From the IMG/VR virus record IMGVR_UViG_3300008259_002957: a stretch of 64,000 nt of DNA; one strand, written 5' to 3'. The first letter of the stretch is position 1. Every line of letters starts with the position of its first letter. Made by a program: the position numbers and the translations under genes. The notes under the pieces were generated by a model. That model did no database searches. It saw only the letters and a list, made by a program, of their open reading frames with translations, and had not been told where the DNA came from. Of this stretch, positions 49,932-59,240 are shown in pieces. Source of the stretch: a virus. Lineage: Duplodnaviria > Caudoviricetes.

Positions 49932-51072
49932 AACATATTGTCCGTTGCCATGGGTACACTCGAGTTGGCAAAATGGAAATACTATACTTCCTTGTTGTGG
50001 ATTTATGGACGGCGGAAGGTTCAATAAAACATCCGTATTTGAAAAATTGTATTTTGACAACGAAATGGATCAACTTCGGGCAGATATGCTTGCTGGTAAA
50101 ACTATCAAAGGTTGCGAACAATGCTATGATCAAGAAAACAACAATTTAGATAGTATGCGTACTAGAGCGTTAGACAAATACGGAATTGTAACAACAATAG
50201 ATTTACAAGATTTGCATATTATGTTTGATAATCTATGCAATTTAAAATGTAGAATGTGTGCAAGTTCAAACAGTCATTTATGGCACGTAGAAGAAAAAGA
50301 GTTATACGGAGAGGCATTTTCTTCTAGCAAATATTTTCAAAATACATTTTATAAAGAAGTAAATTTAAAAAACATTAAAGAAATTAATCTTACAGGCGGG
50401 GAACCACTTTATAGTCCTCATTTTATTCCTTTCTTAAAAAAATTAAAAGAAGATGCAGATACAAGCCAAATTTATATTGATTTTTTTACTAATGGAACAA
50501 TACAGCCCACTGAAGAAATTCTTAGTATATTAAAAGAGTTTAAAAAAGTAACAATTACTATTAGCATAGATGCAATAGGAAAATTAAACGACTTTATTAG
50601 AAAAAACAGTAATTTTGATGAAATAAAAAATAATTTAGATTTTTATTATAGATTATTGTCAGATAAAATTTCAGTAAATGTTTTGACTACAGTTGGAATT
50701 TACAATGCTATCTATGTCGAAGATATTAAAAACTATTTTAGTTTAAATTATCCAAAGTTTAATTGGGGTTACGATGTAATACAGTATCCAGAATATTTAA
50801 GTATAAGACACATGCCAACTAACTTAAAAGATATCTACAAAGAGTATATCAAGGAAGAACCGTTGATATCTTATATGTACGACAGTGGCAAAGATTTATT
50901 TAAACATTTTTTATATTCTCATTATAAACTTAATAAAATAAGAAATGAAGATTTTACTGAGAACAACATTTTGTTAAATTATATTAAAAATAATAATACT
51001 GACATTTACGAAGAAGAAACCAAAAAGTATTACAAAAATATGATTAACGAAATTCGTGGATCAAGAGATTAA
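49924..51072 (+). CDS. Radical SAM protein (type A)
   Basis: YCPLPW...LPCC...CEQC; CNLKCRMC; LTGGEP. Confidence 0.9.
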   Translation: MSKTYCPLPWVHSSWQNGNTILPCCGFMDGGRFNKTSVFEKLYFDNEMDQLRADMLAGKTIKGCEQCYDQENNNLDSMRTRALDKYGIVTTIDLQDLHIMFDNLCNLKCRMCASSNSHLWHVEEKELYGEAFSSSKYFQNTFYKEVNLKNIKEINLTGGEPLYSPHFIPFLKKLKEDADTSQIYIDFFTNGTIQPTEEILSILKEFKKVTITISIDAIGKLNDFIRKNSNFDEIKNNLDFYYRLLSDKISVNVLTTVGIYNAIYVEDIKNYFSLNYPKFNWGYDVIQYPEYLSIRHMPTNLKDIYKEYIKEEPLISYMYDSGKDLFKHFLYSHYKLNKIRNEDFTENNILLNYIKNNNTDIYEEETKKYYKNMINEIRGSRD

Positions 51073-52049
51073 TTTGTATATTTTTTTAAAACATATTCTG
51101 GTGTTTTTAAAAAACTAGTGTCTTTGTCAGAACACATGTCGCATTCTCCTATTTCGCAGTATTTTGTTTCATCAAAAAAATCAATTTCGTCGTTGTTATA
51201 ATTTTCTAAATTTATAGGTTTATAATTTAAATATTTTTGCCAATCTGGGTCGTTTAATAAATTATGATGATTTAAAAATCTATTTAATGTACCCAAAGAA
51301 GAACACTTGTATAATTTTTTATCAATCAAAAAACTACACATATCACTGGTGCAGCCGTTTTGATAAGATTCGGCAGGATTGTTTGTTTTAAAGGGTTTAG
51401 GAATATTATCAATTAATTGATAATTTTGTTTAAATGTGCTTTGCTCTCTGTAATGAACAAACGTTTTATTATAAAATACCTGTTCAGTATCTTCAATGTA
51501 ATCATAAAAGTTTTGTCTTTTGTCTAACCACTCTTGATACAAGATATCGTTTTTTTTATTTTCTATATCGAATAGATTTTTATAAAAATCGGACACATTT
51601 CCACTGGGCAAATTCACAGCATCTGCTAAAAGTTTAAAATTTTGTTTAACTTTATTTGAAAGTGTTTTATCTTCAAATCCTGAAAAATGGTCACATACAA
51701 AAACACTAACATCAAACTGTTTTATTAACGCAACTAGTTCATTGAGTTTTTTATCAATAAGTGTTCCATTGGTTGGTAGTAAAAGTACAGCATCTGGATC
51801 TATGCTTTTTATAAATTTAAATATTTCTGTAATTCGATCTAAATACAGTAACGGTTCACCACCTGAAGTACCATAATAGATTATATCAAATTTTTCTTTG
51901 ACTAATTTAATGCCTGTTAATATGTCATCCAATGTTGGATCATAGTTTTTTGTTTGCAACACATGGCTTCTTGCATCACAATGATTGCAGGCTAAGTTAC
52001 AATAAGCACCGCAGTAAATATCTAAAAATCTCAGGTATGGTTGACTCAT
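51069..52049 (-). CDS. Radical SAM protein (distinct subtype, C-terminal Cys cluster)
   Basis: CNLACNHC; SGGEP; CTSDMC...YKC...CDMC. ATG 52049 chosen because TAAATA lies 5 nt upstream. Confidence 0.9.
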   Translation of the reverse strand: MSQPYLRFLDIYCGAYCNLACNHCDARSHVLQTKNYDPTLDDILTGIKLVKEKFDIIYYGTSGGEPLLYLDRITEIFKFIKSIDPDAVLLLPTNGTLIDKKLNELVALIKQFDVSVFVCDHFSGFEDKTLSNKVKQNFKLLADAVNLPSGNVSDFYKNLFDIENKKNDILYQEWLDKRQNFYDYIEDTEQVFYNKTFVHYREQSTFKQNYQLIDNIPKPFKTNNPAESYQNGCTSDMCSFLIDKKLYKCSSLGTLNRFLNHHNLLNDPDWQKYLNYKPINLENYNNDEIDFFDETKYCEIGECDMCSDKDTSFLKTPEYVLKKYTN

Positions 52050-52054
52050 TGTAA

Positions 52055-52104
52055 TATTTAGTAGTATCACAATTGAGTAACTATGTTTTTGTTTGCAGTA
52101 AATA
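52055..52104. promoter_or_regulatory. Back-to-back TAAATA pair
   Basis: - strand: TAAATA-TTACA-ATG (52049); + strand: TAAATA at 52099-52104, upstream of AGGAG/ATG 52131. Confidence 0.65.
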
Positions 52105-52130
52105 TTAGAAATAATACCACAGGAGATAAA

Positions 52131-53201
52131 ATGAAAGTATCAAAAATTCCCGGTTTAGGTTCATATGGACATTATATTGACGACTTAGACTTTGATAATA
52201 TCACAGATGAAGAATGGGCAGAAATTGGAAAATTTCATTTAACTGATTTAGTAACTATTCTAAGAAACGTTAAAATTACTAAAGATCAGTACTATAACAG
52301 AATTCGGCAATGGGGTCCTTTTATCGGTGCAACAATGTCTCGCAAGCACTTTCAAAAAAAATACGGTCAAGATTTTGATGGTAGAATTCAAGAACATTAC
52401 AAAAAATTTAATGTATCATCAGAAGACGAACGTTATATTAAAATGAAACAGTTTTATATTGAACATACTGAACATGGTAATACATTAACACGAGTTTGTG
52501 GCAAAAGAGATGAATACGGTAACCCAATGGGCAACTTTTCATCTGGCGAGTTATATTGGCACAGTAACGAATCGTCTGTAATTAACTTTACTCCCGGAGT
52601 TGCATTGATGGGCGGAGAGTATATGGTAGGTAGTTCTACAGGATTTCTACAAACTGCTGATTATTATCAGTCAATCTCTGAAAGTTTTAGAAGCGAACTT
52701 AACGAAATGATTTTAGTTCACGCATACATTCCTGGAGGGATTAATGAACTCGAAAAAGATGATCCAAGTTTTGGAGAAAACATAAGAAAAGAATTTGCAC
52801 CAGTTGACGGGGCTGAAGTACCCTTGGTAATTACAAGTCCGGGCGGAATCAAAGGACTGCATTATACACTTAATTCTGTTGTTGGAATTAAAGGTATGAG
52901 TAAATATGATAGCGATAAAGTTTTTGCAGAAATTGACCGAGAATTGTTAACTGAAAAATATATTTACGATCACATGTACTTACAAGACAATGAGATTTGT
53001 TTATTTGATAATTCGATAACATTACATAGAAGAAAGCATCCTGGAAATCCGAACAGACTTGCATTTAGATTGCAATATTATCCTGATAGTTTAATAAAAC
53101 AATCGTGGCATCCATATCATCAACAGCATTTTTACAACTATCATCAAGATGAAATGCTAGAGTTGATGAATATCCTAGAGTTAGATTTAAAATTTCCATA
53201 A
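52131..53201 (+). CDS. TauD/TfdA-family dioxygenase
   Basis: LYWHSNE; GSSTGF; HPxV-like PLVI; FDNSITLHRR. ATG 52131 has AGGAG upstream. Confidence 0.8.
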   Translation: MKVSKIPGLGSYGHYIDDLDFDNITDEEWAEIGKFHLTDLVTILRNVKITKDQYYNRIRQWGPFIGATMSRKHFQKKYGQDFDGRIQEHYKKFNVSSEDERYIKMKQFYIEHTEHGNTLTRVCGKRDEYGNPMGNFSSGELYWHSNESSVINFTPGVALMGGEYMVGSSTGFLQTADYYQSISESFRSELNEMILVHAYIPGGINELEKDDPSFGENIRKEFAPVDGAEVPLVITSPGGIKGLHYTLNSVVGIKGMSKYDSDKVFAEIDRELLTEKYIYDHMYLQDNEICLFDNSITLHRRKHPGNPNRLAFRLQYYPDSLIKQSWHPYHQQHFYNYHQDEMLELMNILELDLKFP

Positions 53202-53208
53202 TTTTAAA

Positions 53209-54351
53209 ATGTCTGATATAAAAACAAAGTTAATCAACATCGAATGGTTATTTGTTGATCAAGATCATTACGATTTGATAATGATCGAAATTGATCAAGC
53301 AGTGCGAGAAAAATGCAACGTAATTATTTTTCTTGCACTGATGGACGGATTTGTGGCGTGGGATCCTAAATATTGGATCCCACTGATTGACAAACTCGAC
53401 AATGCTTGTAAAAAATTAGGTATACAAGAGATAATTTTTATATCTGGTGCTGGAAAAACATATGAGTATGGTTTAAAACACACACACTACTTTTATGACT
53501 GGAATATGAGTGTTGTAAAAAATGCATACAAAGATTATGATAATCAAATCAAAGATTATAATAACGATGCTGACAAGTTTTTATTTTTAACAGGTCGTTC
53601 TGCTCGTCCAAATCGTATTGGACTAATGAGTAAATTTTACGACGAAAATATGTTAAAAAATAGCACTTGGTCATTTTTTCCTCCTTGGAACGAAATAGAT
53701 AACAAATGGTGCCGAAACTATTTGTCAAAATATACAGATAAAGAATATAACGAGTTTTTAAAAAACTGTAATAGATCTTTAGATAGCGATAACGAATACA
53801 ACTCTTGTAAAAGTTTTTTAGGAGTTTACGAAGGCGACAACTGGCACGATATTGTAAAAGAACCCTACATACACAATCCGTCATTTATAGATTTGCATCA
53901 CTATAACGATGTAAAGTTAACAGTAATAAGTGAAGGGCCGATATACTGGGAATGGAGTAACGACCGGTATTATCTTACTGATAAAACTTATAGAGAATTA
54001 TTAATGAAGAAGCCAGTAATTTTATCGGGCTATGTAGAACAATACAAAGAATTGAAAAATCTAGGATTTAAGACATTTGACGAGAATTTCTTAATCAAAG
54101 AGTACGGTTTAATCGAAGATGAAGAACAGCGTCTTGAAGCAATAGTACAAAATGTAAAATATTTTTTAAACAACAGCGATTATCAAAAAGTCAAACAAGA
54201 CGTTGACTTTAATACAAAGTTATTGTATTATTATTTTAAAAAGCAAGATGAATTTTTAAAGTATTTAGAAACAAAGTACAATGCTAGTAAAGAAGAAATT
54301 GAGTTTTTCTTTAATCGTAAAGGTCTTGAGCACCTAATAAGAAAACCCTAA
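53209..54351 (+). CDS. GT10-like glycosyltransferase-like protein, copy 5
   Basis: FLFLTGR..RPNR; LTVISEG...LTDKTY...KPVIL.G...GFKTFD. Confidence 0.5.
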   Translation: MSDIKTKLINIEWLFVDQDHYDLIMIEIDQAVREKCNVIIFLALMDGFVAWDPKYWIPLIDKLDNACKKLGIQEIIFISGAGKTYEYGLKHTHYFYDWNMSVVKNAYKDYDNQIKDYNNDADKFLFLTGRSARPNRIGLMSKFYDENMLKNSTWSFFPPWNEIDNKWCRNYLSKYTDKEYNEFLKNCNRSLDSDNEYNSCKSFLGVYEGDNWHDIVKEPYIHNPSFIDLHHYNDVKLTVISEGPIYWEWSNDRYYLTDKTYRELLMKKPVILSGYVEQYKELKNLGFKTFDENFLIKEYGLIEDEEQRLEAIVQNVKYFLNNSDYQKVKQDVDFNTKLLYYYFKKQDEFLKYLETKYNASKEEIEFFFNRKGLEHLIRKP

Positions 54352-55448
54352 TGTTTTATCAAAAAATTACTCAACTCGAACTTGAACTTACAACAAGATG
54401 CAACGCATCTTGTCCTCAGTGTGTACGTAATTTTTACGGTGGAAAAACATGGCCAACATTGCCCATGGTCGACATTGACTTGGAATTAATTAAAACAAAA
54501 ATACCAGATTCAATTTTAAAAGACTTGATAGAAATTCGTATTTGCGGAACTTATGGTGATCCCTGTATCTATCAAGATTTGATAGAGTTAGTCAAATATT
54601 TAAATTCAAAAACTTCTGCACAACTTACTATTAATACAAACGGTAGTTTACGTACAACAAAATGGTGGAAAGATCTTGCTAACGTTTTAAAAAAAGATGA
54701 TAGAGTTATTTTCGGAATAGATGGTTTAGATGACACAAACCATTTGTATAGAGTTAACACAAACTTTAAAAAAATAATCAATAATGCAAAAGCATTTATA
54801 TCTGCTGGCGGATCAGCAATATGGAGTTACATTGTTTTTAAACACAACGAACATCAAGTAGATGCTGCAAGACAATTAAGCAACAAACTCGGATTTGATG
54901 GGTTTTCTTGTAAGTTGACAACTAGATTTATCGATAAACAACATAATCTAGTTGATAAAACTCCAGTGTTTGACAAAAATAATAATCTTAATAGATATTT
55001 AGAAATGCCTGATGAAAAGAAATATCTAAACAATGGCTATAATAACTACGAAAAAATTATAAAAGAGTTCGGATCTTATGAAAACTATTTGCAAAAATCT
55101 AAAATATTTTGTACTGCACAACACAGTAATTTAATTTATATTTCAGCCGAAGGGTACGTTTTGCCTTGCGGATGGCTTGCTGATAGATTTTATGGGTTTG
55201 AAACCGAAAAGCACAAAGATAGAAAAAAATTATTTGAGTTGATTGACCTAAACGGCGGTCTAAACACTATTAGTTTGCATCATTTTTCATTGGACGAAAT
55301 TGCAAACAGTAAAGTGTTTCACGCTATACAACAAAACTGGATTAGCGAAAATAGAATAGAGCGTTGTGCAAATCAATGTAGTAAATACGGTATGCTTAAA
55401 CAAAATGCTACAAAAGAATTACAACCTTATGTAAAAGGAAATGTATAA
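54351..55448 (+). CDS. Radical SAM protein (type C)
   Basis: LELTTRCNASCPQC; CGTYGDP; IYISAEG..LPC...CANQC. Confidence 0.9.
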   Translation: MFYQKITQLELELTTRCNASCPQCVRNFYGGKTWPTLPMVDIDLELIKTKIPDSILKDLIEIRICGTYGDPCIYQDLIELVKYLNSKTSAQLTINTNGSLRTTKWWKDLANVLKKDDRVIFGIDGLDDTNHLYRVNTNFKKIINNAKAFISAGGSAIWSYIVFKHNEHQVDAARQLSNKLGFDGFSCKLTTRFIDKQHNLVDKTPVFDKNNNLNRYLEMPDEKKYLNNGYNNYEKIIKEFGSYENYLQKSKIFCTAQHSNLIYISAEGYVLPCGWLADRFYGFETEKHKDRKKLFELIDLNGGLNTISLHHFSLDEIANSKVFHAIQQNWISENRIERCANQCSKYGMLKQNATKELQPYVKGNV

Positions 55449-56354
55449 ATGCACAATATTTTTAAAAATTCTTATGCTATACAAGATCCTGAAATAGTAG
55501 ACTTTATAAAACACATTGATTTTTCAGAAGCATTATGGGATAATAGTGTTACTAAAAATTTTTGTAATGCTTACAAAAATTGGATTTTAAGTTCTGCCGA
55601 CAATAATTTTATAGGTTTAAATAACTTCACATATGCAATTTATAGCAACGGTGCGTCTCAAGCGTTTGATATGTTTTATATTAAAAATAAAAATAGACGT
55701 TTTAGATGTTTTAAGGGCGAATATGTTTATCACAAACTAGCCTGGAGAAATAATTGGAACGACTGGACATTTATAGAGGATTCACCTTTAGAATTTAATG
55801 ATGCAGTAGTAATTAGTTTACCGTTTAGTGACACCGGAAACAAGCATGTTGAGATGGACAGTGTTTTAGAGATATGCGATCGATTACAGATTCCAGTGTT
55901 AATTGATTGTATATATTTTGGAATTTGTAATAATATAAATTTTGATTTATCTTTTAATTGTATTACTGATGTTGTTTTTAGTTTAAGTAAAACATTTCCT
56001 GTTGCAAATGCAAGAATTGGAATAAGATTTACAAAAACAGATGACGACGACCTTATGTTTGTATATGATAAGATGAATTACAATAACAGACTTGGTTCTC
56101 ACTTAGGATTAAATCTTTTACAAAACTTTTCACCAGATTTTGTATACAATAAATATAAAAGTAAACAACTCGAGTGTTGTAGTGTTTTAAATATTACGCC
56201 AAGTAATACAGTTTTATTTGGCGTAGACAACTTTAAAAAATACAATCAATATAACAGAGGCACTAATACCAATAGACTAAGTCTTCAAGACTTGCTAATT
56301 TTAAACAATTTACAAATGAAAGAGATATTATATGCCAATTCAAACAAACAATGA
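55449..56354 (+). CDS. Fold-type I PLP-dependent enzyme (class I/II aminotransferase-like)
   Basis: SNGASQAF; VLIDCIY; FSLSKTFPVANARIG (Lys in the SxSK motif). Confidence 0.75.
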   Translation: MHNIFKNSYAIQDPEIVDFIKHIDFSEALWDNSVTKNFCNAYKNWILSSADNNFIGLNNFTYAIYSNGASQAFDMFYIKNKNRRFRCFKGEYVYHKLAWRNNWNDWTFIEDSPLEFNDAVVISLPFSDTGNKHVEMDSVLEICDRLQIPVLIDCIYFGICNNINFDLSFNCITDVVFSLSKTFPVANARIGIRFTKTDDDDLMFVYDKMNYNNRLGSHLGLNLLQNFSPDFVYNKYKSKQLECCSVLNITPSNTVLFGVDNFKKYNQYNRGTNTNRLSLQDLLILNNLQMKEILYANSNKQ

Positions 56355-57393
56355 TTGGGATCCTTTAGAAGAGATTGTAGTTGGTATAGCCGATCATGCA
56401 ATGCTTCCAACTCTTGATAAAAGTACTCATAGTTTTTCTTATGCAGCAAACACATATGACGAAATTAAACATCTTAACGGAATTTTACACAATCAACAAG
56501 TCATTGACGAAGCAAATGAAGACTTAGATGGATTGTCAGATACTTTAAAAAGTTTAGGTGTTAATGTATTAAGACCTGATGTAATTGATCATAGACAAAA
56601 ATTTAGTACGCCCGATTGGGAAACTACAGGGTGGCATACTTATTGTCCCAGAGACTTGTTGTTACCTTTGGACAACATGATTATCGAGTGTCCTAGTCCT
56701 ATGCGGTCTCGATACTTTGAAACTCGTGCATATTACAATCATTTATATAAATGGATGAAGGAAGGTTCGCAATGGATCTGTGCTCCAAAGCCGATACTAT
56801 TAGATGAAAGTTATCAACTAGATGATATAAAAGAAGCAACCTTACTAAATCACGAAATTGTATTTGATGCACCAAATATCGTTAGATTAGGAAGAGATTT
56901 ACTTTGCCAAGTAAGCAACAGTGGAAATCAACTTGGGTTTGAATGGCTAAAAACTATTCTCGAACCAAAAGGATACAGATTTCATATTGCAGAAAAGTAT
57001 TATAGTTTTTCGCATTTTGACAGCACAGTAATTCCTCTTCGTCCTGGATTGGTTTTGTTCAACGGTGACAGATTAAATGAAGACTGGTACCCGCCTATTT
57101 TTAAAAGTTGGGATAAGATTTTTTGGCCTGGCGAAAAAATTGGTAAAATACCTACAAATTTATCAAACGGTATCTCACCGTGCTCACCTTATATTGGACT
57201 AAACTTGTTAAGTGTAAATCCTGAACTCATTATTGTAGATGAAAATCAACAAGAACTGATGAAAGAATTAGACAAAACATGGGGAATTGAAAGTATTGGT
57301 TTGCCAATGAGACAAGCAAGAACATTAAGCGGTGGCTTTCATTGTGTTACATTAGATACAAAACGTAAAGGAACACTAGAGGACTATTTTTAA
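56332..57393 (+). CDS. Amidinotransferase, copy 2
   Basis: NDWDPLEEIVVG; YCPRD; FDAPN; HFDST; GGFHCVT. Confidence 0.9.
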   Translation: MPIQTNNDWDPLEEIVVGIADHAMLPTLDKSTHSFSYAANTYDEIKHLNGILHNQQVIDEANEDLDGLSDTLKSLGVNVLRPDVIDHRQKFSTPDWETTGWHTYCPRDLLLPLDNMIIECPSPMRSRYFETRAYYNHLYKWMKEGSQWICAPKPILLDESYQLDDIKEATLLNHEIVFDAPNIVRLGRDLLCQVSNSGNQLGFEWLKTILEPKGYRFHIAEKYYSFSHFDSTVIPLRPGLVLFNGDRLNEDWYPPIFKSWDKIFWPGEKIGKIPTNLSNGISPCSPYIGLNLLSVNPELIIVDENQQELMKELDKTWGIESIGLPMRQARTLSGGFHCVTLDTKRKGTLEDYF

Positions 57394-59240
57394 TGAAAAG
57401 TGTGTATTTGTTTCAAGTAAATTATCAAATGGGTTACGGAAACTTTTCTAGTCAAAGTTTACCATATAGTATTGCTGCGGTCTGGTCATATGCAGAACAG
57501 TTTGATATAGTAAAACAAAACTTTGATGTAAAGGATTGTTTTTTTAAACGTGAACCTGTTGATTTGGTTATCACTAAAATACATGATCCAGAAATTTGTC
57601 TCTTTAGTAACTATATTTGGAACGAACAATACAATTTTCAATTGGCAAAAAAAATAAAAGATAAATGGCCAAACTGTTTAATTGTGTTTGGCGGCCCGCA
57701 GGTTGGCGAAAAAGCAGGACACAAACTTTTACAAAAAAAGTTTATAGATAGTATTATAATTAACGAAGGCGAAAAGTCTTTGTATTCGTTATTAACTGAC
57801 TACATTACTACTGGAATAGTTAAAGAAACATATCAATTGCATCAACGTGTTGATGTTGAAGAAATGCCAAGTCCTTATATAAACAGCAACATTTTAAACA
57901 AGTTAGTCCAAGAAAATAAAAATGTAAAATTTTCAACAACCATAGAAACAAATAGAGGCTGTCCTTTTGCTTGTACATTCTGTGACTGGGGTAGTCTAAC
58001 TCAAAGTAAAATTAAAAAATTTAATTTAGAAAAAGTATTTGCTGAGTTAGATTGGGTTGCAAAAAATAAAATAGAATACATTTATATTGCTGATGCTAAC
58101 TTTGGTGTTTTTTATGAACGTGACAAACTTATTGTAGAATATCTAGCCAAGTTAAAAACAGAAACAGGCTATCCTCACGGAGTTACTGCTACTTGGTATA
58201 AAAACAGTGCTGAAAAAACTATTGAATTAGTTAAAATACTGCACAGTGTAGGACTTAATAGAGGTCTTACATTAAGTGTTCAAAGTATGAATGACGATAC
58301 GTTAACAAACATTAAACGTAAAAATATGGAAATATCTCAGTTATCACAGATGTACAAAGAATGTGACAAACAAGGTGTGACATATTATACAGAGTTTATT
58401 TTGGGTATGCCATACGAAACTAAACAAAGTTGGAGAGAAGGTCTTTGCGAAGCCATACAAGCAGGATGTCATTATTTCTTAGATGTGTTTCCCTTAGAAA
58501 TACTTAAAAACAGTGAGATGGCCACTGAAGTACTTGATCACGAAATGGCAGTGGAAACATATTACACAGTGTTTAATGGTCAGTTGACTAACATTCCAGA
58601 AATTCACAACTACGTAATTGCAACAAAATACATGAACAAATCGGATTACATTGATTCTTGGTTGTGGTATTGGTTAATAATGAACTTTCATAATTATAAC
58701 TGGACGCAAGTATTGGCTAAATTTGCAAACAAACATCTTGGTATTGATTATATTGACTTTTATGAAAACTTTTTTAATAATTGTATTTTAAAAGAAGATT
58801 TTTTTCTATCACTGTATAATAAACAAAAAACCGATTTAGAAGAATTCTTTTGGAATAAAAAAATTACAGACGTTTTTGTTAATGACAATGTTACAGTTAA
58901 TTACACTCAAATTGAATGGCATAAAAATAGAAACACGGTTCAAACTAAAATTGAACAGTGGGCTAAAAAATACTTTTCTACAGTTGACAACAATTTGTTA
59001 AACGACCTACTCAATTTTAATAAATCATACACAACAGACATTTCACGAAAACATGCTATAAGTGGTGAGTTTAATTATAATTTAAACGAGTTTTGTAATT
59101 TTAACGACAAGTTAATACAAAATAAAACAACATATAGATTTGATATATCTATACCTTGGGACACAGATATAGACTTTAAAGAAAAATTGTTCTATAAAAA
59201 CAGAAGTGGTTTTAGTGTAGCAAAAATAACAAAGTTATGA
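57393..59240 (+). CDS. Cobalamin-binding radical SAM protein (class B methyltransferase-like)
   Basis: N-terminal LPYSIA...FSNYIWN...IVFGGP; TNRGCPFACTFCDW; ADANFG; EFILGMP.ET. Confidence 0.9.
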   Translation: MKSVYLFQVNYQMGYGNFSSQSLPYSIAAVWSYAEQFDIVKQNFDVKDCFFKREPVDLVITKIHDPEICLFSNYIWNEQYNFQLAKKIKDKWPNCLIVFGGPQVGEKAGHKLLQKKFIDSIIINEGEKSLYSLLTDYITTGIVKETYQLHQRVDVEEMPSPYINSNILNKLVQENKNVKFSTTIETNRGCPFACTFCDWGSLTQSKIKKFNLEKVFAELDWVAKNKIEYIYIADANFGVFYERDKLIVEYLAKLKTETGYPHGVTATWYKNSAEKTIELVKILHSVGLNRGLTLSVQSMNDDTLTNIKRKNMEISQLSQMYKECDKQGVTYYTEFILGMPYETKQSWREGLCEAIQAGCHYFLDVFPLEILKNSEMATEVLDHEMAVETYYTVFNGQLTNIPEIHNYVIATKYMNKSDYIDSWLWYWLIMNFHNYNWTQVLAKFANKHLGIDYIDFYENFFNNCILKEDFFLSLYNKQKTDLEEFFWNKKITDVFVNDNVTVNYTQIEWHKNRNTVQTKIEQWAKKYFSTVDNNLLNDLLNFNKSYTTDISRKHAISGEFNYNLNEFCNFNDKLIQNKTTYRFDISIPWDTDIDFKEKLFYKNRSGFSVAKITKL

